DNA of 52,744 nt, the filler included, from Basidioascus undulatus (lineage: Eukaryota): assembly GCA_000826855.1 (NCBI GenBank). It is 3 parts of 3 records of this genome, joined end to end, with 100 filler letters (N's around TTAATTAATTAA, not from the genome) between each part and the next. Parts side by side here need not be neighbours in the genome. Positions count along the whole stretch, not along the records: positions 1 to 17,545 come from JTLS01000529.1; positions 17,646 to 35,189 come from JTLS01000530.1; 1 more part is not named here. One strand, given 5' to 3'. Of this stretch, positions 12,086-23,336 are shown piece after piece. Position 1 is the first letter of the stretch, and each line of letters opens with the position of its first letter. The position numbers and the translations under genes were made by a program. Below the pieces are notes generated by a model. That model saw only the letters and a program-made list of their open reading frames with translations, was not told where the DNA came from and made no database searches.

Positions 12086-12979
12086 TTTTTCGCCTTGCGG
12101 TGTCTTTTTGCTTCGGGTTGGGATTCACAATGATTTGCTCTATCACCTATATTCGCACACACTTTTCGAGATCTGACCGGCACTTTTCACTCATTTCCTG
12201 GTTCTCGCTGTTCATGAGTGCGCTGCATCGTGGCATCACTGTTGATCAATCGCTATCTTCGCTTGCTATCACATGCTGCCTATCTGAGTTGTTCTGGCTT
12301 CTGAACAAACATATCGGAAATGTGGAAAGTGTACGCTTCGGTAATCGGTTCCTCGGTAGCTCGGTTTCTTCGCGCTGTGCGCATTCAGGTGGCTGCGCTG
12401 CCTTATGAAGGGTCCAACCTACTCAACAATGCGCGTGACACTTCATCACCATCCATTTCGATTATGGTCGATGGTTTCTTTGTGGTTCCCACAGCAAACG
12501 GTGCTTCAAGACATGCAGCAGTGCGCCGACAACCCACGCCTTGGTCATTTGTTGGCTGGCTGTTACGCGCGGGCGACTTGACTACCTGCTCGCCGTGTTT
12601 CGTCAATATTATCTGTTGTGGCCAGCTTGCTTTTCTTGAGCGGCGTCGGGGTTCGCTTTCCGTTTAAGTCACACAGGGTCGCGTGCCTCTGCCTGAACGT
12701 GTCGACCGCCCGCATGCTCAAGCACGCCTGGAAAGCCAGTCGACAAACATCATCATCAAGAGCGTGAAATTTTGCCATACGCGGTTCATCTCAAGCTCCG
12801 TGTCTACCAAGGGCTCGCAGCGTTCTTGCGCATCCGCCTCTTCATGGCCTCGTCATCGGCAAAAGCGTAGAACCACTCCCTCGTCCCATCAGCGAGGTAC
12901 TGCTTTACGTAGCTGTGCTCATACTTCCAGTCGCACCTGAAGTACGCGCCATGCGTTAACACACAGTGCGCCGTCGGCC

Positions 12980-14690
12980 AGACAAAAAGAACGCCACAAC
13001 GCACCTCCCGGCAACCCCGTTTGCGACGCCCTCGACGTCGTAGAAAGGGTTCCTGCCCTTCTTCCCCCGGATCTTCTCCCGCAACGCGTCCACCTCCTCA
13101 TTATTCGGCCATCGGCTCAGGACCTACGCCCAGCCGCGCGCAGCGCCGGCGAGGTCCGGCCGGCGACGCTGAAGCTCCTACTTGTAGTCGCTATCGCCCT
13201 CTTTCAGTCTCTCGACGCGATCGTCATCGCGGTGGCGCGGCCCTCCTCCGCCCCCGAGACCAGCGAGTAGGTCCGCCAGGACACCGCCAATGTCGCCTAA
13301 GGCACCGGGCCTGCCCTTCGCGGCGACGTCCGGAAGTCCGTGAGGAGATTCGAGCGGTCGTCGAGGTCGGCGAAGGAAATGTCGGCCGGCTCGCGCGGCG
13401 TGAGTACCCCTGACTGGACTTGCTTCCGGATTAACTCGTAGCCCTTGTCGAGATGGGGGAAGACCTGAACGGAGCTAGCGCTGCGACTCGCGGTGCGCAG
13501 CGAGAAGACCGTCCTGGAGCGCGGGGTAGACGCGAGCGCGCAGGCTTGCGTCGCGACGTGGATGATCGCGATGCGCTTTGCGGAGACCGCCCATAGCTCG
13601 GTGTCGTACTTGAGCATCTCGACGAGCCCGAGGAGGTCCTTGTTCGCGCCGGCGTAGGCACCGATCTCGGTTGCGATGCGCCAGTCGGCATGCTCGGGTG
13701 CTTCTTCAGGTGTTCCGGACCGCGTTCAAAAGCGGCGTATGCAGGTCGGGCGAGTCTCCGACGAGCTTGAGGTAGAGGTCGAGCGACGGCGCGGACTCGA
13801 ACACCGAGATCCGCGTCTCCGAGAGAAGGCTGCGCAGGCGCGGGACCGCGGCCTTCAGCTCGGGTGTCCACCACTCGTCCTGGAACCTGATGCCCCTGAC
13901 GGCCTCGATCTCTGAGGGGCAGTGGACGGCTCAGTAGGACAAACTACCATAAGATGAGGCGGGGAAAACGAGCGTACCGCCATCCTTCCTCAGCCTATCC
14001 TCCAGGAGTCCCGCGAGCTCGTCCTTCCTCCAAATCGGCGCTGATGTCATTGACGAGTTGCTCATTTGCGCTCGAGCCGATGGCAAGCGCTCAGAGTAAG
14101 AGGTCCCGCCAGAACAGGAACAGCAGCTTGTCGAGGTTCCCGTACTGCTTGGAGTCATGAGCGTCCCCGACGAGTCCCTGACCTTGACGACGATCCGAAG
14201 GTCACAGAATACCGCGCTGCAAGGGAGGGATTCATTTGGTGAGCAGAACACCAGTGCGCGTACCGGCGAAGCTGATGTTCTGCTGACTGGCTTTTGCTGC
14301 TCAGCAGCTCTCGGACCGAGCGATGGCAGAGGAGCAGCGACTTGTGAGACGAGCGCGATGTCGATCGCAACTCTATTCCGACGTCGAAGAGCGTAGGGAG
14401 CCATCGCGAGATCTCCCACGCGACGTCCTTCAAATCATGTTCTACTGTGGGCACCCGTCACAGCGGCGTTGTCAGCTGAACGCGAAGGAAATGAGAGTAA
14501 CTCAAACGGGCGCACCCGATCCTCCCATCCGTGCTTCCAATTCCTTCTAACATCCTTCTTCAGGTCTTTGACCTTCCTCTCGAGGCTCTGCTGGTGCTCG
14601 TCGTACGCGACTGCCTCGAGCTTTCGCGCCCGCGCTTCGTGCTTCTGCTTGTCCTTCGCGGTCGTTAGGCAGTCAACGATACTGGATGCC
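12980..14690 (-). pseudogene. Degenerate multi-exon hypothetical gene
   Basis: Protein-like segments (LERKVKDLKKDVRRNWKHGWEDR; EISRWLPTLFDVGIE; NLDKLLFLFWRDLLL*; FQDEWWTPELKAAVPRLRSLL; LVEMLKYDTELWAV) with GT-AG introns but several in-frame stops and frame changes. Ends approximate. Confidence 0.55.
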
Positions 14691-15237
14691 TGAAGAGCGG
14701 GCAGCGAGTCGAGCGCGGGACAGAGATCGGATTCGATAAGATCGAGAAAGATCTTGGGGGGTTAGGGAAGCCGAAAGAGCGCGGAGGAGAGCGCTTGGCT
14801 GGGAGGAAGAACACGGTGAGGTCTAAGCGGCAGCCATCGCCGAGCGCGCCTGGGTTGCCAGCTGTGACATCCCCGGTAAAATCCCAAGGACGGTAAGGGG
14901 TCAATATATGAGGACAAAAGGTAAGAGGTGGCAAGAAGCACGATGCCTTGCAATGCCGCATCAGCAATGCCGCATCGAAAGTCGAAGGGTTGCGGTCGCC
15001 GGTCAATGTCGCGCGTGAGTAGAAGAGTCGACTGCGTCGGCAAACTATGAGCCATTGTCGACTTGAAGCGGATGGAGTTATATCCGAAGGTTGAAAATCA
15101 AGCTTCGTTCACCTTCCAGCTTGCTCTAGCAGAGTGCCAGAACAGGTGCTCTGCGAAGTGCCTGTCGGTCCAAATATGCGTCTGCACTAGTTCTGCCAGA
15201 GAAACCCGTCGCAGTCAGATGCGCCTGGAAACACAAT

Positions 15238-16079
15238 TGTCAGAAGTTTGAAGTACTGGAGTTTCATTCTAAGTATAACAGCTAGAAAGGACGTCTCACA
15301 GACACCAAAGGGGCCCAGGCCAGTATGGGTGCCTTGGGAGGGGCGGGAGACCCTCGCGGCAGGAAAGGGGGTGGAAGGGTTGAAATACTGATCCAAAGAC
15401 ACCCTGATATGGTATACACTTTCTAGAGGCATTGTGGAAGCTATGGGGTCAGAAAAATGGGGCGCAGCTGCGCTGCAACAAGAGAACGAAGGGGAAGGCG
15501 TGCGCAGAGGCAACCCCCCCCAAAAAAAACCCCCAAGTGAAGAGAGGCACCTTGAACGAAAATGGCCAAGACTAGTAAACAATCGGGGGTTACTTAAGAC
15601 TGCTTCAAAACTGGGAACCGGCATCGAAAGTACTGCTAGGCGCCAGCAAGAGGAAAGAGGAGCGGTTCGCGGGGGCACCGTCTGAAGGAAGGAGAGAAAC
15701 CCTGTAACATGCAAAGCCGCCAGAGGAAGCCGCCAAGTAAGCCAGCAGGAGCAGCAAGCGCTCATGGCAACTAGATCTGAGGAAAAGCAAGTGCGCAGAG
15801 GCCCCGGAGGGAGAGGAAAACAGTGCGAAGGATGTGCGCAAAGGCATGAACGGATGTGACAGAGGCACCCCGTGCTAGTGAAATGATTTCTGGGCAGAGG
15901 GCTCTCATACGATTGGAGAGCATAAGGAGATGGTGAGATGAGCGGCGAGAGTGAAAGATGGGAGTGCGCGGCGAAGGGAAAGAAGCGGGTGGGGAACCGG
16001 ATAAAGAGCGATGAACGGCACGCACTATGTGTGCTCGTCTGCGACTTGGCTTCCTGGGAGTGGTTGCTCTCATCTGACA
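15238..16079. mobile_element. Possible LTR-like remnant
   Basis: Bounded by the 7-bp inverted repeat TGTCAGA...TCTGACA and purine-skewed unlike neighbouring genes. No TSD found. Confidence 0.25.
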
Positions 16080-16787
16080 GTGTTTGGAAGGCAAGCATAT
16101 CAAGAGAGAGTATCCCAGCAGGCTGGCAGATGCCAGAGTGGTGGATCTGGTGACATCGTCGATAGGACATGATTGCAGAACACATGGCACTACCAAAAAT
16201 ATGATGACATAAAAACTGGGTGATGTCTTAAAATCTTTGAACGTAGTACAAGACCCAGAAGGGCACAATAGCTTTGATGAGCTTTTCGCGGTTTTGCGGA
16301 TAACTGTCAGCAGCGCGCCTTCGAAAGGGGGGAGTCATTGCGGAGAGCTCAACCATGGCTAGGATGCTCGTCATAGCCGAAACACCCTTTTAGCCAAACC
16401 TTACTTCGAGGCGGGAAAGGAAGGTAGAGCAACTGATGAAGGCAACACATAGCGACAACGCAATCCTGTTGTCTCAGTGACCTTGACTAAAACATCATCA
16501 CTGAGTCCCATATGTAAATACAAACAGGGAAAAATTAACTGGAAGGTAGTCTCAAACACACCCTCATTGACGCACCGAAAGAAGTGATCCTTGTGGAAGG
16601 TGACAGTAATACTGCGGATTTCGGGTTCAACTGGGCTAAGTGGAACTTCATTTTGAAATTGCCCTCATCAATGCTACACTCTGTCATACCATGAAGAACA
16701 GATGAATATGACCAATAGAATGTGTGTGCCTGAGGCTTCGCCGGAAGTGAAACTTATCTTATAGAGGTGCAAAAGGGAGCACAATAA

Positions 16788-16869
16788 GCGTCGTTGGTCT
16801 AATGGTTATGATTTCGCTTTCCCATCGTAAGATCAGGCGGAGAACCGGGTTCGATTCCCGGACGACGCA
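16788..16869 (+). tRNA. tRNA-Gly(CCC) with 10-nt intron (16825-16834)
   Basis: Acceptor stem GCGTCGT/ACGACGC plus A discriminator; D-arm with GG; anticodon stem TCGCT/GGCGG with loop TT-CCC-A^A; T-arm CCGGG-TTCGATT-CCCGG; followed by TTTT (Pol III terminator). Confidence 0.93.
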
Positions 16870-17545
16870 GGTTTTACTGTTCCTCTCCTTTCCGTTCTTT
16901 TTGCATCTCAAAGTGAGACACAGTCTCTCAATCAGCGGGGTTGGAGCACTGCACCTCCATCACATTAGTTTGCGGTTTACGGTTGCAATGCTGGAAGAAG
17001 ATTGCATTGAATAGGAGTATGAACCATTGAGAGCAACAGATTCAAGTTCTGCTTGACGGCATTTTGGAAACAGGCACACTAATAGTCTCGGCGCCGCCAC
17101 TCAGTCCTTCATGCTCGGTCCTGGCTGCGCACGTGATGTCGGCCCTGACTTCTCTGTCGGCTATAAGGTGGACTAGTAGCGGACTGTCTGGCGTCGAGAC
17201 GGGACACTTAATATACAGATCAATACAGATCATCTGGCCGCAAACGGATTTTGAGATGTGCTCAGTGGCTTCCAGTCCTTAATCCCTGGGAGAGATCTTG
17301 ACTCAAAAACACTAAGAAATATGAAACTCTCAAACGTTTTCTGCAGTCTCTTCGTGGTAACCACTTTTCCAGGCATCGCGAAGGGACCCTGAACCCCCCC
17401 GCAAACTCCGGTCTTCCTTTTCCCGCGCTCCCACTCGCTCACCCTCTATCTTATCTCCCTCCCTTCCTTGCTCTTCATTCGCCTTTCTCCCCAACTCATC
17501 ATGTCCCTCCCCCCGCTACCCCTCCTCCTCAGCGCCCCCTCCCCC

Positions 17546-17645
17546 NNNNNNNNNNNNNNNNNNNNNNNNNNNNNNNNNNNNNNNNNNNNTTAATTAATTA
17601 ANNNNNNNNNNNNNNNNNNNNNNNNNNNNNNNNNNNNNNNNNNNN
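17546..17645. other. Assembly gap with artificial all-frame-stop linker TTAATTAATTAA
   Basis: 100-nt N run with the linker in the middle. Confidence 0.98.
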
Positions 17646-17736
17646 GACCAGTTCAAGATAATCCGCAGAGCCCCCTTTCTTCATTCAACCACCACCATCT
17701 CTCCGTCCTACCAATCTACACTCACCACAGCCGACA

Positions 17737-18987
17737 ATGGCTCTCCTGTACTCGTATCCATTCTTGTGACTCCGCCAAAGCGCTGTGTATATCATGGTGC
17801 ATCTTCCCTCTCCTTTCAAAGGCACGTCCTTGCTCATCTCCTCTTTGACAGTCCATATCTCTCCTCGAACGCACTCCTGTGCCAGCTACAGCGGCAGTAC
17901 CGCAACTCCCCTGGCCGCGCACGAACGCTTGTGCATGGCACCAGCCGTGGCTATCGCTTCTCCCGGTACTCCGCGCGAAGGGGTACACGCTCGACCTGGA
18001 GCCGTGCCCATACACGGGCGCGAGCATGCTCGACGTGAGCCGGATGAAGGTCTATCCTAGATCAACCCCTCTCTTGACTGCTTCCCTGCTGTTCCTCTGC
18101 GTAGCCTCCGCAGCGGCTGACATGGGGAAGGATGACAGTCCCCATTCGTCGCCTTCGGGAGAAGCGTAGTTAGTCAATAGCCCAAGGCGTCCCGGGTAGT
18201 CTCGGCGCAGGCGGACGAGCTGGCAGTTTTGGAGCGTCTGAAGGTCGCGAAAGGCGTGGTCGAGTTGGAAGACGTCCTCGACGTTGGCAGCGGCGGCAGG
18301 CTCGTCGTGATGCCGCGCGAGATGCCTGCATATGAGGTGGCGTGGGGGAGGGATGAGGTGCGGAGAATGATAAGGGTCGTTCTTCAAGTGAGCTGAAGGT
18401 GGGCGAGGCTGGTTGCTAATCCAAAGGAGGGCCGATCTGCAGGCGTTGGAAGACGTACATTCTCAGGGTGTGCTGCATGGAGTGCGTCTCACATATTCCT
18501 ACACTAGGCACAAAGTTCTGAAGCTCTAATCGACATCTACCCTTTAGGATCTCACACTTCGCAACGTCCTCCGCGCCGCAACCGGCTTCGTCCTCTGCGA
18601 CTTCGACGGCTCCGTACTCCTTCCTCGCTCCCCGTCGCCGTCCGAATTCACGTCCGACTATCAGAGCCTGGCGAGCTCGCTCCAGTGCTTCTTTGGGGTA
18701 CGTGTACTCCTTCCCTCAGGCCTCTTCCTGCGGCGTGGGCTGTGGGGGGCTGACATCTTCCTGTCGGTCGGTGTGTGGCATCGGGCCGGTGCGCACAGAA
18801 GGGGCCGGCGGCTTGCTTATTCGCGAAGGGAGAGCTGGAGGAAGTCAGGGCGGTGTTTAGGAGGATGGAGAGAGGTGAAAGCGGTGGACGTAGGGAGCTG
18901 AAAGTCAGGGTAGTGCGTGCGGAGCGGTCGTGGAGGCTTGACTCGCAGGTGGGACGGACGGTCTTCCGACTGCTCTTCAGTATCTAA
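17737..18987 (+). pseudogene. Protein kinase-like gene, probably disrupted
   Basis: Spliced ELAVLERLKVAKGVVELEDV..LVVMP, ALEDVHSQGVLHG|DLTLRNVL (catalytic loop) and VLCDFDGS (DFG-like). In-frame TAG at about 18178, upstream of the catalytic core. Start uncertain. Confidence 0.6.
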
Positions 18988-19289
18988 TGCAGATTTCCAT
19001 CATGACTCTTTGTATTTAGCTTGTTACGAGATGGCTGCTGCTCTGCGTTGTCCTTCCACATTCACTGCCGTTTGACTGTGAACACATTGACGCAAAGAGA
19101 AGCTGGAACATTCTCCGGAGGCACTCGGTTGACGCTACACACAGAAGTGGATCATTAGAAGTACACAAATTTTAGAACAGGCCCATTAAACCCCTTCCAC
19201 TAGAAATCTGGGCGGCGCTGCACGCCAGTCTGTGATTCCCCGAGCGAACGTCTTCATTGAAACAGGACTGACCTCAGCTGCCACACAGT

Positions 19290-20609
19290 TTCCTACTCCA
19301 CTCTCACTGTACACCCTTTCCATCGTGCTTTTCAATCCTCCCGAACGTCCGCGTCGCCGGAAGCTTCAGCGTCCGCCTTCTCTCTGCGTCGAGCTCGGCC
19401 AGAAGAGCCTGAAACGGCGCACTCAGTCCTCCAGGAGTACCTTGTTACCATAGGACTAAAGGAAAAAACTCACATGTAGTCGGGCGTGCTCGATCGCACG
19501 CTGCGCAGTTGCTGCTTGTCGCTGCGCCTTCCGGAGAACGTCCCCGGCGGCTACCGCCGTAGAGCGTGGCAGCGTAACCACGCTGTCGGGGTTCCTTGAG
19601 GAACCGATCATAGGTCGTGGAGAGGGTCTAGACGCCCGCATTGCTGAAACGTACATAGCTATCAAATGCACGCGGCACGATCGCGCGCTGCCGAGAAGAC
19701 TGGGATTTCCGGCGTACCTGGGCGGGGAATGATGCCCTCGGCCTGGAGTACTTATGTGAAGACAGGATCGTTAGAGCCATTATCAATCCTCACTCTGAAC
19801 ATAAAATCACCCTTCGGCCGATAGATGAACGTGAACTTGAACCAAGGCTTGTCCGGGTGATCCAGCCAGCGCGCCCTGTACGACGTGAACGGCATCGTGC
19901 GCTTGGGTTTGCCCAGCCTAAAAATAATGGACCATTAGCTCAGAATGCAAGGATAGGGGCCTTTCGACTTACAAGACCCTATGCGAGGAGGGTCACACGC
20001 TGCGCACCCACGAGCGCGGGCTCTTTGACCTCGATGCGGTGGACAGCGAGACGGATCGTGCCGACCCTGCTTGAGGAATTCGCACGGACCTCCACCGGTC
20101 CCGAGTCTGATAACCAAGCCAGATAACCAAGTCAGTCCTTACCCCAAAACACAGACAGAAAGAGATTTGCGCACCGGTGGTTGCAAGCTTCGTGAACGTC
20201 ATGGGGCGAACGAGCGAGGCTGACCTCGCCGGACCGCAGCAGTAGGCGCCTGCGTCCTCTTGCTCGAGCAGCGTGTCCTCCACATGATATCCGTCTACGA
20301 ACAGGGGCCGGGCAGTGGCGCTGTGCCAAGCGGCATTGTTCGTCCAGACCACCTCGAAGCACTGCCCACCATCCGGAAGGTCCGTATTGCTTTACATTTT
20401 CAGCAGAAGGGCCGGCTTACCGTCCCCGCCTCTGACGGTACGTAGCATAAAACGCTCTCAAACACTCCTCCACTTGAAACTCTTCCAGCTTTTGGTCGCC
20501 TGAATCGTGGAGAAAGAAAGCTCGGGGTCAGTGACATCATCTTTCCCTATCCGGCCCGTCTTCCACTCACCAACCTGAATCCAGGCGGTATATCCATACA
20601 AGTAGGCAT
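19290..20609 (-). pseudogene. Uncharacterised fungal family (DUF7918-like) paralog A, disrupted
   Basis: MPT(C)-GYTAWIQV|GDQKLEEFQVEE..VLCYVPSEAGT|..LVRPMTFTKLATT|..VGTIRLAVHRIEV..AQRQAATAQRAIEHARLH|, with frameshifts and stops. Family name is from recall, not a search. Confidence 0.6.
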
Positions 20610-21339
20610 GGTGGTACCGAGATCTCCTGTTCAGTCAAGACCGATAAGGTGGTAAGGCGCGGAAGGATGCAGCAGCAATGCGTGATGGTGGGTGATAAGG
20701 CGAGCGGATCGTCCGCAGCGGCTGAGCTTTCTAATCCTGGCCCCTCGAAGCATATTGGTCTGATCGGACGATACCGAATGAATTGGCATGGGGAGCGACT
20801 GCTCAGGAACGGGATGAACGGACAGCGTGTTATGGCGACTCTGCAAGCCTTGAGGTTTGGAACGCGTGCCGCCCCCTCGGAAGGCGGCATGTATGCCCTC
20901 TTTTGAAATAATTATGGTGTTTTGTTGGCCTTCCTCTTTTTTCTTTTCATTTTTTAGAGAAATATGTCTTAGCGGCAACTCGAAAGGCCAGCACGCCATC
21001 ACGACAGGGCACCTGTGTCAGGCAGCAGACGGCTGTGAGCAACTTCACGATTCGAGACAGATCGCCCCACCAGAAGAGCTACGTCTGAGTGAAGAGCTTG
21101 CTTGCTAAAACTGGCGTGAAAGCGACGCACTTCGAGACTGTAACACAAAGCTGACCGTCGATGTCTTCTGCGACATGCTGGCACAAGCTCATATTGCTGG
21201 TAACAACCACAACTCTCGCAGCCAACATGGGACTACCCTTGAAACAGCAAGAAGGCCATGATTCAACATATCAGACAAGCCCAACAAAGTGTCCCTGGCC
21301 TGCTCCACAGATTCAGCGACATCTGCCGGTGAGAAGGGA

Positions 21340-22830
21340 GAGTAGGCGGCCGGCGCACCTCAATCGTCAACTCTCGATCGTTCAGAAACCCTACTCCCTG
21401 ACACGTTTGCTCGGACCCGCACCCTCCTGGCTTCAGAGTCCCTCCTCACTCATGGTCTCGTCCACCTTCCCCGGCCTGGCGCTGTCACGGCGCTCCGCCT
21501 TGACGGGCGGCTATGCGTCCTCGATCGACAAGTTCGCTGCGTCTTGTGCGGAGAGCTTCCGAAGACGAGCCTGCATGGGGCGGCAAAGGGGATCATGTCA
21601 ATTATCGAGGAAAGCAAGCAAAACAAATGGTACCCACGCGCAGGCGATGGGCCTCAAGCGCACGCTGCGCAGAAGCTGCTTGGCGTTGTGCTCAAGCGAA
21701 TCCAGCTCTGAGGTGGTTGGGGAAAGAGCACGAGTCGGTGATGCATCGTCGGCGTTCGTAGGTGGTGTAGTCCCTTTCGGGGAGGTGAACGAGACGGAGA
21801 GGGTGTCGGCTGCTGGAGGCGTTCAGATGCGCACGTAGTCGATCGCTCGTCTAGAGTTTAGTAAGTTAAGTAACGTCAAAGCGGATGGAAATGAAAGACA
21901 GGGAGGGGACTACGCGCACTGGACGGCATGATCCCATTCGCCTTCAGGCATCCTATCAGGTCCGAACTTCAGCCAAGTAGTGTCTCTCGTTCGAGATTGA
22001 AGGGTCACTTTCCGAACGATACAGAAAATCAAAGCTGCGCCAGGGCTTGTCGAGGGATCAAGTAGAACATAATTATAGTGACATTGCTGTGCTTCAATTA
22101 TCTCCGTCTCGCCAAGCCTGCGAAGGAGGTGCCCTTGAACAGGGATTCAGCAAGAAGATGCATTCACGAGATCCGGTGCGAGCGCCCCTTGGTAGACCGC
22201 TCATGTAAAGGGCCATGACCGTAGGCGAGGGCTGCCCCTGGCTGCACGGGCGAGCTGCAGCGGACGACGTTCTCGACGCGGCAGAAGACAAGGCGAATTC
22301 TGCGAACTGATCGAGGAAAGCCTCATCTTCTGCCACATTGTCGTCGTCTAGAATGTTAGGCGGAGGGCCTGTTCAGCTCCGGCTCAGAAATCAAATCAAG
22401 ATGTCGGCTCACACCGGATCTTTGCAGCTCGATGAACAGAAACGGCCTTGACGCGGAGGCCGTTAAAAAGGAACAGCGGAGGTTTTTTTCTCCAGGAAAA
22501 GAACGCCACCCGACTCCCGCCCATCGATGAAAAGATTGGCCAACACAGACGGGTGGGACGAGTCCCGGTAGTCGCTGAACGGGACTGAAAATGTGGAAGC
22601 AGTCCTGTTAGAAGCCCACGGAGCGTATAAGAACTCCAGACTCACCTTTACAAGTTTAGAAGCCACGTAAGACTTAATCTAGTTGCCCTTCCCTTCAACT
22701 TGGTACTCCTGGAGCGTCTACCCGTCTGCAGGAGGGCACGGTGGACCATTTACTGCGTGTCCGATCCCGGGCCTCAACTGATTTACCTTCAGAAAAAGCA
22801 TATGTTTGGAAAATGGACTGGCAACTGCCT
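21340..22830 (-). pseudogene. Uncharacterised fungal family (DUF7918-like) paralog B, disrupted
   Basis: |DG*TLQEYQVEGKGN*IKSYVASKLVK|, ANLFIDG, |DDDNVAEDEAFLDQF and AQRQAASAQRALEAHRLR|. Same exon layout as paralog A; multiple stops. Confidence 0.6.
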
Positions 22831-23336
22831 GAATGTTCGAAATAATCACGAACGCTGGCGACAGTCACTGTAAGCAGGCGGTACCGGCGATGCAGCGAAC
22901 GCCGCTGTGGGCTTTCAGGTTCTGGAGGATAGGTAGAACACCACCGAATCACTACACAGAAGACATTGGTCTTTCAATACTAAAGCGTCAAATGTGAGGC
23001 TGGCAAAGCATCACCCGGTTGAGATGAGGTTGGTCGAACCTGAGAGGCACGAATTTGATGCGCAGCGTCTGGCGCGTGCGTCTAGTCCGACAAGTGGATG
23101 CACACTCCGAGAGTACGCAAGATAATGTGGTCATCCTCGAGACGCCAGATGAACGTGGGTGGTCTCCATGTGGCTGATACGGTCGGCCGTCCCGGGGTGC
23201 GTAAAGGTAGTTAGGATGCTCCTCCGTCGCCAACAGAAACGGATAGTTATATTCATCTATCCTACACCACCCACCAACATCCAAGCGTCCATAATCGCCT
23301 TTACGCCGTACCCCGTCCTCCCCCCATCTCCTCTTC

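Noticed and set aside
15187..16185. 332-aa minus-strand ORF as a real protein
   Set aside because: Ser/Leu/Pro-rich translation of pyrimidine-skewed DNA with no domain motif and no ATG at the called start.
17590..17601. TTAATTAATTAA palindrome inside N runs (also at about 35234-35245)
   Set aside because: Artificial contig-joining linker with stops in all frames; not biological.
12980..22830. In-frame TAG/TGA as evidence of stop-codon reassignment
   Set aside because: The stops co-occur with frameshifts and lost splice sites, while intact genes terminate with TGA, TAG and TAA and have no internal stops.
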